A stretch of 62,363 nucleotides of DNA, the filler included, from Vannella sp. (taxonomy: Eukaryota), in NCBI GenBank assembly GCA_023345925.1. It is 5 parts of 5 records of this genome, joined end to end, with 100 filler letters (N's around TTAATTAATTAA, not from the genome) between each part and the next. Parts side by side here need not be neighbours in the genome. Positions count along the whole stretch, not along the records: positions 1 to 13,276 come from JAJQQN010001255.1; positions 13,377 to 21,798 come from JAJQQN010001219.1; positions 21,899 to 27,288 come from JAJQQN010000038.1; 2 more parts are not named here. One strand, given 5' to 3'. Made by a program: the position numbers and the translations under genes. Below are positions 12,981-22,852 of the stretch, in pieces (position 1 is the first letter of the stretch; each line of letters opens with the position of its first letter). Below the pieces are notes generated by a model. It was not told the origin of the DNA. It saw only the letters and a program-made list of their open reading frames with translations, and searched no databases.

Positions 12981-13114
12981 CAGGATTGGAAAAGAATGAT
13001 CGAATAGTATTAATTGAAGCCAAATTTTGTCCCCGTTCATTTGCAATCCTTTTCACTTGTTTGCGGATTTATTGCCTCCTGGAGGGTGAGAGATTTCAAG
13101 GCCCGCTGAAAAAA

Positions 13115-13223
13115 ACGTCCGCCGGCCTCCGTTGAAAAGTGCTTCTAAATTCGACTGGCACCAATGCAAATGACGATTTTATATGCTTTTAAGAGGGCAG
13201 CTTTTCCATCGTTTGGAGGGATG
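13115..13223. repeat. Dispersed 109-bp non-coding element, copy 1
   Basis: Ungapped match to 45596-45704 with about 14 mismatches by eye; imperfect terminal inverted repeats. Confidence 0.85.
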
Positions 13224-13276
13224 ATCAAATGAGCCCAAAAAGTGCCTCGATCAAAACACATAAAAAGTTCATTGGT

Positions 13277-13376
13277 NNNNNNNNNNNNNNNNNNNNNNNN
13301 NNNNNNNNNNNNNNNNNNNNTTAATTAATTAANNNNNNNNNNNNNNNNNNNNNNNNNNNNNNNNNNNNNNNNNNNN
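13277..13376. other. Artificial contig linker (N44-TTAATTAATTAA-N44)
   Basis: Identical 100-nt structure occurs four times; the 12-mer has stops in all six frames. Confidence 0.97.
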
Positions 13377-13574
13377 CTCCCGACTTCCAAGAAATGATCT
13401 CAGTCACATTCTTAAGAATAAAACTCAGAACCACTTTCTTGTCCAGTCTGTAACTTATTGTTCAACAAAAGACCAACTGGGTGAGCCCAATTGGCTCCGA
13501 AATGGACCAATCACACGTCAGCCACCCAAATGAACCAATCGAATGAGTAGTGGGTAGCATTTCCCCTTGGGCTG

Positions 13575-15844
13575 ATGCTCAGGCACGTCTTCCTTTTGTT
13601 GTTGGTCGTGAGTGTGTGGGGTCAAACCGCGGCTGAATGGGAGGAGGAGTTTCTGGGCCTTCCGGATGCTTCCTTTGCTTATGAGCACCTCACCTTCTAC
13701 ACGAGCCTCCCTCATATGGCGGGGACTCCTGGCGATTGGGAGACTGCCAAGTACACGCACGAGCAGTTCCTTCTGTATGGCATGGAGTCAACTATCGAAG
13801 AAGAGACAGTGCTCTTGAGCTATCCCATCTCGCGACGTGTTGCTCTTGTCTCGCCTGCCGGATCAGAGTGCGCCACTCCTCCTCTTTCCCTTGTCTGGGA
13901 CTAAGCTCTTTGGCAGGTACGAATGCGTGATGAAGGAAGACATTGAGCCGTCTGATCCTACTTCTGGAGACCCTCGTATCGTTCCTACCTTCAATGGGTG
14001 AGCAACCCTCTCCTGAGACACTCCTGTCCCTGCTGACTCATTCGATAGCTATTCTCCCACTGCCAATGTCACCGCAGAAGCTGTCTATGTCAACTACGCG
14101 TCAAAGGATGACTTTGAAGTGCTTGCCAAGGCAGGAATCGAGGTGAAAGGGAAGATTGCCATCGCCCGATACGGAAAGATCTTCCGCGGCACCAAAGCGA
14201 TGATTGCTCAGGAGTATGGCATGGTTGGTATCGTCATCTACAGTGACCCAGCTGATGATGGATACGCCCAAGGCCCTGTCTACCCCGAGGTGAGTCCAAA
14301 CGACGGCTGATGTGGGAGCCTAATGGGAAGGAAGGGCCCGTGGCGATCGAACTCCTCTGTTCAAAGAGGAAGCGCTAGCTTCCTCAGCCTTTGCCCTGGC
14401 AATCCGGCACGGACTGCGTGTGCAGCAAAGGGCAGAGAAAGCGAATACTCTTATACTCAAGTCATTCCCTCCATTCCTGTCCAGCCCTTATCTTACTCTG
14501 ATGCCCAACCATTACTCGAGTCTTTACAAGGACAGGAAGTTCCAGAATCATTCCGCGGGGCTCTCCCAATAACGTACCGGTACGGGCCAGGCCCAGGAGT
14601 CATCAATATGGACATGAAGATGAAGTTCGTCAATTCCACAATCTGGAACGTCATTGCGTCTTTCCCTGCCGACCCATCCTCTCCAGTAGCATCAGAACAG
14701 GTCATTCTTGGCAATCACAGAGATGCCTGGACTTTTGGTGCCGCTGACCCGAACAGTGGCACTGCTGTTATGCTGGATGTTGCTCGTAGTATTGGCCAAT
14801 TGGTCAAGCAAGGCTATAAGCCTCAGCGACAGCTCATCTTCTGTAGCTGGGATGGTGAAGAGTACGGATTGCTGGGCAGCACCGCGTGGGTCGAGCGTTA
14901 TAACGCTTCTTTAGTTGCCAACGCAGTCGCCTACTTGAATATTGATACATCTGTCACTGGAAGTGAATTCTCTGCTGCTGCTTCTCCTTCCCTGACTGAG
15001 TTAATTCGAAGCGTCACAACCGAAATTCCCTTTCCTGGTGCCACTGGCAGTCTCCGAGATAACTGGTCAGGTGTTGTAGACGTCTTAGGAAGTGGGTCAG
15101 ACTACACTGCTTTCCTCCACCACTACGGCATCCCATCAGTGAACCTGGAGTTTGATGGACCGTATGGCGTGTATCACTCAGCTTATGACAGCATGAATTG
15201 GATGAAGAGCTTTGGCGACCCTACTTTCCAGTACTTTGTCACTCTTTCACAAACGTTTGGACTGCTTGCCATGCGATTGTCTGACTATCAAGTCCTCTCT
15301 CTTGACTATGAGACGACCGCCAGTGCAATGTCCCAGTATCTCGAAGCTGCTAGCGCTCTATCGAAGGCTTATCAGATGAAATTAGACTTCAGTTCTCTTT
15401 CGTCTTCCATCAGCACATTTGCTGATGCTGCTAAAGCCATTAACAAGGAAATTGGTGAGATACCGAAGGTAGACCTCTTCCGTGCTAATCTTCCTTGTTG
15501 TAGCATCTGGCCCATACACTAAGAGCATCAACTACCGCCTTCAGCAGACAGAACGGATGTTCATCGGTTTAGAACTACCGAAAAGACCGTACTATCAACA
15601 CGGTAAGCCAGAAGCTGAAGCACTTCTTGATTTGTTATCCCTTACACTCTCAATAGTTCTTCAAGCCCCTGGCCTTTACCAAGGATATGCCCCCGAGACA
15701 TTCCCAGCAGTCAGTCAGGCCATTCGGGAAGAGAATGCCTCTGCCGCTCAAGCACAGATTCACCAAATCGCCTATTTCATTAGAAAAGCCGCCAACTTCC
15801 TCCAAACTGGGAGCAGCAAAGTATTCCGCGTGCGCAACGAATAA
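13575..15844 (+). CDS. Glutamate carboxypeptidase II / transferrin-receptor-like M28B peptidase (PA + M28 + TFR dimerisation), secreted, multi-exon
   Basis: Signal peptide; PHMAGT; GKIAIARYGKIFRG; YSDPADDG; GNHRDAW; ADPNSGTA; WDGEEYGLLGS; GSGSDY; YHSAYD. Confidence 0.93.
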
Positions 15845-15860
15845 CTCCCTTTCAGTGTCA

Positions 15861-16790
15861 CTAAAGATTGGACTTTGCAGTTCCTGGCCGCCTCAAGAAG
15901 GCTTCGTTCTCCTCTAACTCGCGAACAATAGAGTAATTCAGCTTCGCTTTCATCCCTTGGAAGGCGGTGGGAACCGTCCGGAATGTGGAAGCTTTCCGGT
16001 AAGCCGCCAAAAGGACTTGCTCCTCAGGAACTGGTTCTTTTCGTTAGATCTGCTGATGCAGCACATTGACACTCACCCGACTCATCTATTAATCTCGAAT
16101 CGAGCGCTTCTGGGCCTGTAAAGCGCTTTCCTTCCAAAAGTATCTGGCGAGCGGCCACTTCTGAAGTTTTGGCTCTGAAGGCGGTCAGCAGGCCATTAGA
16201 CCACTTGATTCGCTCACCTAACTAACGTCACAAAGGATCGTGGAAGCTCAATGCCCAAATGCACTGCTGGAATGCAGAACCAACCTGAAGAAGTGAGGAT
16301 GCGAGCCCTTCTTCACGAGATGGCGCCCTCACCTCGATCGGAACGCATGATTCGATAGTCATGGCAGAAAGCAAAAGCAGCACCTCCTCCAAAGGCGTGC
16401 CCATTGATGGCAGCGACGCAGGGAATGGGAAAACGGAGCAACCGGGACATCACCCTTTGCACGCCGACTTCCAGCTCTCGCACTTGCTCATCGGTAGCAG
16501 TCTTCACCCACTCGAGATCAATGCCGTTGCTATAGAACTTCCCACTCCCTGTAGTCACTAAGACCCTCGCAGTCCCTTCCCAACCCATTCTGTTCTCCAT
16601 TAACGCCGCTACCGCGCTCGCTCCCTCCTCACCGCTCCGCAACATCCAAGCACAGTTCAAACTCCACCAAAGTATCAGGACGGAAGCGATTCTCTCCGTC
16701 GCTCCACCTCAGCACCAACAAGCCCCCCACTGGACCCTCCTCTTGGGCCAAAGTAACTCGTTGGCCTTCCCGACCCCGCAGCCAAATCAT
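15861..16790 (-). CDS. Enoyl-CoA delta isomerase / crotonase-family protein with PTS1-like C-terminus, multi-exon
   Basis: Reconstructed MIWLRG...GENRFRP...; GKFYSNGIDL; VAAINGHAFGGG; CHDYRIMRSDRG; ends ...AKSNL*. Confidence 0.85.
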
Positions 16791-16934
16791 CTAAAGAATG
16801 ACTCATTCATTGCACTCTCCCAGCATCTCCGATTCTCACCGAAAGGGGAGCAATGGACGAACCGATTCCTGATTTTCAGGATGCGTTGGGTGGCAGTGAT
16901 TGGCGGACCTGCCCAAGAGCTGGTTTGTGCGTTT

Positions 16935-17995
16935 TTATGGAGTAACTTCTATGGCGTAGTAGAGGGCGCTGGTGAGGAGGCTGGTGAGGAGAGAAGAGAG
17001 GAAATTGACCTTTTAGGAAGGTCAGACCTCACTCCATTCGACCTAAAGTGGAGGAAAGAGCTACTGACCTGGTGATTGTCAAGGATCCCAATACCGGTGA
17101 TGTGCTTCAAGTTGGGGTCCGAGGGGGAACCGGCTTCCAGGATTCTCCCGGTTTTCTTGTCCTCCAAAGAGTGTTGGAGCGTTCCTCCAAGCAAAGAGTC
17201 AATCTGAGAGTTTCTTTGTGAGAAGACTGAAGATAAATAGGACAGGAGACGTACCAATGAACCTGTAAATCCAGCGAAAGTGGCGTAAAGGCATGGTTGA
17301 AGGAAGGAGGAAAGTGTCACAGTTCCTTCTCTTGCATTGAGAGCCAAATCAAGCATTGAGAAGCTCAGTCCGATGAAAAGCCCTCCTGCGATCGAGGCGA
17401 CCGTTCCTACAAGTGACATTCCTCCATTAGTTCCACGAGGGACCCTCTGGAAGACGATTGGAGCTCCTGTTACTTTCACTCCTAGTAGTAGAAATGGATA
17501 CGCAGAGCCTGAAGCAATGCCGAGTTCGGAGGCCCAAGTATCCCCGTTGCAACAGGCGAAGTGAGCCAGATAGCCTATCAGGAACACCCTTGGCCACAGG
17601 CTGGAGATAGAATCAAGAGGTAGTTCACGATAGGATAGAACTTCAGCCAGAGAATAGGATGGAGAAGACGCCACGGCAAAGGAAACGGCAAAAATACATC
17701 CGACTAGTCCGTTGGAGATCACCTGGACGGCATTCCTCTGTCCTCCTTTCTTAAAATCGTGCTCTATCTTCTTCTTGATCATGTCTCGAAAGCGAGTGAG
17801 CTTGGACGAGGACAAAAAGAACGCCAAAAGCACGAAAGCGCCCCTAAAACCCGCAAACAAGCAACAGACCAGACCCACAACCAGTCCAGCCATCGCTCCA
17901 TCCACAGAGAGCGCCTTCTTCCTCATCCCATAAACAGCAATCAACAGAGAGAGCCCAATGCCAAAGCTCTCCCTCCCCAAAGCCGCCAGCAACAT
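16935..17995 (-). CDS. TMEM19: TMEM19 / DUF92 integral membrane protein, multi-exon
   Basis: KKALSVDG, FFLSSSKLT, GGQRNAVQVISNG, NGDTWASELG, VPRGTNGGMS, IDSLLGGTLQ, LDNHQ|VNFLSS. Confidence 0.9.
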
Positions 17996-18001
17996 GCTGA
18001 T

Positions 18002-18085
18002 GAAGGGAAATGTCCCTCCTGAAGGGGTGAAATGCTCCTCCAGAAGGGTGAAATGCTCCTCCAGAAGGGTGAAATGTTCCTTCAA
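18002..18085. repeat. 21-nt tandem repeat (gaagggtgaaatgctcctcca; two near-perfect plus flanking degenerate units) in a divergent promoter
   Basis: Direct inspection; lies between the TMEM19 and 2OG-Fe(II) start codons. Confidence 0.85.
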
Positions 18086-18165
18086 ATCCTCCCACACAAA
18101 AATTCGATAATTTTTAATCAGACTTTCCACTCGCTTTCGAATTGGAAGCATTTTATGATTGCCTG

Positions 18166-19545
18166 ATGGACCGGCTGTTGCGGAGAGCACGTTCAGTGGA
18201 AGCCTTCCTTCGAGGAGACTTCCAAGGATGCAGCCGAAAGATAGGCACCCTGGAGAGGTCCTTCGAAGACGTGTTCTCGGATGATAACTTTAACGAGGAA
18301 GACTACGAGCCTCCGCTCCTCTCTGATCTGGAGAACGAGACGGAACACCTCATGGCCAACCTGATGCAAGCAGCCATCAGGAGGAGTGGAGTGTCTCTGG
18401 GAGAGTTTCCTGCTGCCCATTTTGGAGACACTGTGATCCAAGTTCCCCAGCAGACTGAAGCTGTGGCTCAGAATGACACGGAGGCCTTCCTCAAGTTGAT
18501 GCGTTTGGGTGAGCCTTCAAAGTTTGGTGATCTGAAGGCACAAGCGAATCGTTTGGATCCTGAAGTGCGCGTCGCCACAGAGTTCTCCGAGTTCTCATGG
18601 AAGCAGGAAGGCAGTCCGGTTATCCGTTGGGGATTCGGCCAGGAAGTTCTGAAGGGACTCTTTGACAGAGATTGGCGGAGATATTGCCTTACGCCTTACA
18701 AGCTGAACATTTATGGACCTGGGGGCTTCTTTAAGGAGCACACAGATCATCCTGTGGACTCCACAAATACGTGTGGATCCTTGGTGGTCCAGTTCCCAAC
18801 GCATTTCACGGGAGGGGATCTGCGAATGACGACGGCAGATGGCGTTCAAATGTTTATGTCAGCGGATCCGGAGAAGTTTAAACTTGCGGCGTTCTTCTCC
18901 ACTGTGCCACATGAAGTCGAAAAAGTCAAGTCTGGTTGCAGAGTGACTCTGACTCTTTCTATCAATCGTAATCCCGATTCCCAAAAGGAAGACCTTGAGG
19001 AGGAGAGAGAGAAGATCGCTTGGGGGCCCACGTACGATGGGATCTTCCTCAAGAAGCTCCAGGAGCTGGGCTGCTTGGGAGTGCTTTTGAGAGGCCGCTA
19101 CACACCAGAGGCGGTGGAAATTCACAAGACGGATGCGTTCCACGATTCCTGCGACTTGCTGTTGGTGGACTATTTGAGAGATCACCTCAGACTGCCTCTA
19201 CAAGTGATCATTGTTGCCACTACGATCGATACGAGCACTGACTACGAAGGGGATCCAGAATCGTGGACTTCGAGTGTGGAACAGATCTCAGTTCCACTGT
19301 GGGAGAATCTGATGGAGCTGAGCGGCCTGCCATTGAATCAAGAAGATTACTTTATCGATGAGAGAGAAGTCACTTTTGTTGGCTACGAGATGTTCGGCGG
19401 GGAGAAGTTCAGCTTCAATGAGACTCCATACTTGGAGTACTCAGGTAACGAGACCCAACCAGGAGAAATGCACTGCGTCCACCTGAATACTGCGTTGATC
19501 GTTCGTCCAAAGGGGCCGGCGCCCAAGCGACCCCGCACAGAGTAG
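18166..19545 (+). CDS. Intronless 2OG-Fe(II) dioxygenase (prolyl-hydroxylase-like fold)
   Basis: YKLNIYGPGGFFKEHTD (HxD), GSLVV...GGDL, HEVEKVKSGCRVTL (distal H and 2OG-binding R). Confidence 0.88.
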   Translation: MDRLLRRARSVEAFLRGDFQGCSRKIGTLERSFEDVFSDDNFNEEDYEPPLLSDLENETEHLMANLMQAAIRRSGVSLGEFPAAHFGDTVIQVPQQTEAVAQNDTEAFLKLMRLGEPSKFGDLKAQANRLDPEVRVATEFSEFSWKQEGSPVIRWGFGQEVLKGLFDRDWRRYCLTPYKLNIYGPGGFFKEHTDHPVDSTNTCGSLVVQFPTHFTGGDLRMTTADGVQMFMSADPEKFKLAAFFSTVPHEVEKVKSGCRVTLTLSINRNPDSQKEDLEEEREKIAWGPTYDGIFLKKLQELGCLGVLLRGRYTPEAVEIHKTDAFHDSCDLLLVDYLRDHLRLPLQVIIVATTIDTSTDYEGDPESWTSSVEQISVPLWENLMELSGLPLNQEDYFIDEREVTFVGYEMFGGEKFSFNETPYLEYSGNETQPGEMHCVHLNTALIVRPKGPAPKRPRTE

Positions 19546-19704
19546 GCTCGAGTTGGAAAGTAGTGCAGTGCAGGCAATGAAAGCAGATTTGAAGGATTCT
19601 ATTCGTCTATTGTTAGGACTCGCTTTGATCCCACAAAGGCAATATTCTTTTGATCTTTCCCCCCTTCCTGAGTGTGACAGAAACCACTCTTAAGGGAATA
19701 CCCT

Positions 19705-19744
19705 AACAACAACAGCAAAAACAACAACAACAACAACAACAACG
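19705..19744. repeat. (AAC)n microsatellite
   Basis: aacaacaacagcaaaaacaacaacaacaacaacaacaac. Confidence 0.85.
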
Positions 19745-19874
19745 ACATCAAGAATAGTCACGTGATGAGACGAAAGCTGAAGCACCCAAAAGTGAAAAAC
19801 AGCCCAAGTTAATCCTGAAAGAATAGCAAAAACGTCTTTGGACTGAACTAACTATACTAAGTATTGCCTTAAAA

Positions 19875-19942
19875 CTGAAATGGACCAATCGCATTTTTAC
19901 GGAGAATTACTTGAAAAGCTGAAATGGACCAATCGCATTTTT
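19875..19942 (+). promoter_or_regulatory. Duplicated 24-nt CCAAT-containing element upstream of the LRR gene
   Basis: ctgaaatggaccaatcgcattttt at 19875-19898 and 19919-19942; the core gaaatggaccaatc also occurs at 13499-13512 upstream of the M28 peptidase. Confidence 0.6.
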
Positions 19943-19960
19943 GTCATTCTTTTCGCTGGC

Positions 19961-21798
19961 ATGAGGCTCCTGCCTCTCTTTCTTGCCTTGGTTCTTTCTG
20001 TAGATTGCTCTCTTCCACAGTACCAGACGGACAGTCTTCTTGCGTTCTATGATGCGACTGGGGGCCCTTTTTGGATCAACAGCACCAACTGGAACATCAC
20101 TGCGGATCCTTGCTCTGGTCTCTGGCACGGCGTTATCTGCGATCTTCTTGGACAAAATGTGACTGCGCTGGACCTTCCCTACAACAACCTGACAGGTTCG
20201 CTGCCGGATCTAGTACTTCCTTCGCTTAAAACCTTGTAAGGAGACGCGTTACTCTGCTTTTACCATTCTCATTAGAATCTCGCAGGGACCTTCATAACAA
20301 CTGGATTACGGGTCCTCTGCCTGATTGGAACAACCTGACGAATTTGGTTACCTTGTGCGTACTTTCTGCCACTCATAGATCCCTTCATCCACTACCACCA
20401 TTGATTAGCTGACGCACTGGGCAATAGGCTAGTGTATAGCAATCCTATCATCGGTCCCCTTCCGGAATGGTCTAATCTAAAGAGTCTGGTGACAATGTGA
20501 GCAACTTGCATTTCTACAACATTCCAGAATTCGGACTCCTGAATGAGTCATGAAAGCACGAGTCACTCACGGATTTTCTCAGGTACCTACTCGATAACAA
20601 GATCAACGGTACCCTCCCAGATTGGTCCAATCTGACAAGTCTGGCGTTTATGTGAGTCCGTTTCCGAAGGAAATCCTTGAACCCCTTCGAGCCTGGCACG
20701 TTTGCGGCGCAAGCGCGATCACTAACAAAATTGATTGGTCAGGCGTTTGGAAGGTAACAACATCGACGGCACCCTCCCAGAATGGTCCAATCTGGCTAGT
20801 CTACAAGAAATGTAAGAGCGACCTACTACAAGTCGAACTTTCAACACCATTTGAAGTGTTTCTTATCAGGTTTCACTCTAAAATGTAAAACAGGAGCGCG
20901 GACCTCAACAAGATCAGCGGAACGCTTCCAAAATGGTCCAAGCTAACAAATCTGCGTAGAATGTGAGTAATGTAATGTTAGTTAGATCCAAAAGTAGAAT
21001 GCAAAGATGTCTATTCAACAGAAGCGTGCTTCGCATGACCGATAACTCATCAATTGTTTGCAGTTCTTTGAGTCACAATCAGATCATTGGCTCTCTCCCG
21101 GAATGGTCCAATCTGACAAAGCTAGTTCACGTGTGAGTTACCTTCAGCCAGTTCCTCGAATGAGAGGCAATTACTCCATTACAAGAGGACAAAGAATCAT
21201 TGATCACTGACATTCTAGTCGCAGGTACTTGCACAAGAACAACATTACTGGATCTCTTCCAGATTGGCCCAATCTGGTGAAACTGGAAACCATGTGAGAC
21301 TTTTCAGCCTTTCTGACGGTGGCCTTCTGGTCGTGGACTTTGCGGCGAGATGATAGATCACTCATCCATTAAATGCAGATACTTGCACACCAACCACATC
21401 AATGGTACAATCCCCGAGTGGTCCAATCTGAATCTGCTTGCTCGCATGTATGTACTCTCTGGAAAATGGCGTTGTTTCCCATATTGTGGACTTGCAAAAG
21501 AGGAGATCACTCATGAATGACCACAGCTTCTTGTCAAGCAACGAGATCACTGGTACTCTTCCTCAATGGCTTAATCTGAACAAGCTGTACGAAATGTGAG
21601 CAGATTCTCCGGTCCTTTGGACTCTAATTTTGAAGAAATTGAATCTTCATGATGAGGGCAAGACTCTCTCGCGGGAATATCATTAATGAATTGGTCGAAG
21701 GTACGCGCACACCAACCAGATCAGTGGTACCCTCCCAGAATGGTTCAATTTGACGGATCTCGGAAGCATGTGAGTACTTTATGTCCACTTGACCCCTC
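19961..21798 (+). CDS. Secreted/surface LRR protein (signal peptide, LRRNT cap, one 23-aa LRR per 69-nt exon); 3' end truncated by contig end
   Basis: Exon 1 19961-20235 (MRLLPLFLALVLSVDC...LLAFYDATGGPFW...NW...DPC...WHGVIC). 69-nt exons 20286-20354, 20428-20496, 20583-20651, 20743-20811, 20894-20962, 21064-21132, 21225-21293, 21379-21447, 21527-21595, 21701-21769; all flanked by AG/GT and stop-free when spliced. Confidence 0.92.
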
Positions 21799-21898
21799 NN
21801 NNNNNNNNNNNNNNNNNNNNNNNNNNNNNNNNNNNNNNNNNNTTAATTAATTAANNNNNNNNNNNNNNNNNNNNNNNNNNNNNNNNNNNNNNNNNNNN
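21799..21898. other. Artificial contig linker
   Basis: N44-TTAATTAATTAA-N44. Confidence 0.97.
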
Positions 21899-22852
21899 GC
21901 CAGTATCTCTGTTGTAGTTGAAATTGAATTCGACAGCGTTCTCCGAATCGTAGAATCCAAGAGCTACCTTTGCTGAAAAGATACCAGCTTTCACAAGTGG
22001 GGTGGTCGCACGGGCCACGGCATCCACTACCACATCTCTTGCCCCGTAGAAAGCATTGACAGCGACATTTCCAACAGTTTTGGCTGCGCTTACGGTCGTA
22101 GCAGCAACGGTGGTTGCAGCGGATTTAACGGATCCCCAGGGGTTTGAGAAGAAGCCTCTCTTGTGAACTGCGACGTGCACGAGACTCTCTTCGTCCGGCT
22201 TGTAAACGTTGAAGATTACTGGGGCAATGCGGGACGTTGATCTGCCATTGGACTCCTGATACTGGTAGTGTTGAACGTCTGTGTGTACGGAAGCCATTTC
22301 CCAAAGATCAGAGAACTCCATCTCAACGACGTTCTCCAGAAGAATCAGATTGTCCTCGATCAGAACGGGATCCTTAGTGACAAGAAAGTCAAGAGACCCT
22401 CGGTGCTCATCATCCCCTTCTTGAGTAAAGTCCATTGCAGTGCTGAAGATCATTCCTTTGCCGACTTTTAAACGCATCATCGCTTGTGGACGGCTCGTGC
22501 GAATGACCACGTTACGGCCAGTGATGAAGATGTCTTGAACAGAGTCGTCCCAATCAGAGTTGAAGATATGGTAACGCGGTCGCAAGGTCGAATCGTGGAA
22601 ACGCGGAGAACCAAAGTGATCCATATCAGCCAGCTTGCTTCGATACGTTTGTCCAGCCCTCATTAGCACGTGGACATCGCCAAGGACATGGTTGAAATGG
22701 TCCAAAGGGTTCATCTCACGAAGGTGAGGGTGTCTCGCCTTCATCCTTTCCAACAGGTGGCTGAACGGAGAAGAATCATCACTTTGGTACTCATCAGCAA
22801 GAGAACCTTTCCACAGAATACAGAAGAGACAGGCGAACAGCAAGGCGCGCAT
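21899..22852 (-). CDS. Secreted hypothetical protein, 3' end truncated by contig end
   Basis: Signal peptide MRALLFACLFCILWKGSLA; open frame to the gap; internal KR followed by an Ala/Thr/Val-rich helix. Confidence 0.75.

Noticed and set aside
17996..18190. N-terminal extension of TMEM19 with repeated EEHFTLL
   Set aside because: Translation of the 21-nt promoter minisatellite from a non-ATG start; overlaps the divergent gene's start
20286..21769. CRISPR-like regularly spaced repeats (cccagaatggtccaatctg-like core every ~150-170 nt)
   Set aside because: The repeats are degenerate coding exons bounded by AG/GT, the spacers are introns, there are no cas genes and the context is eukaryotic
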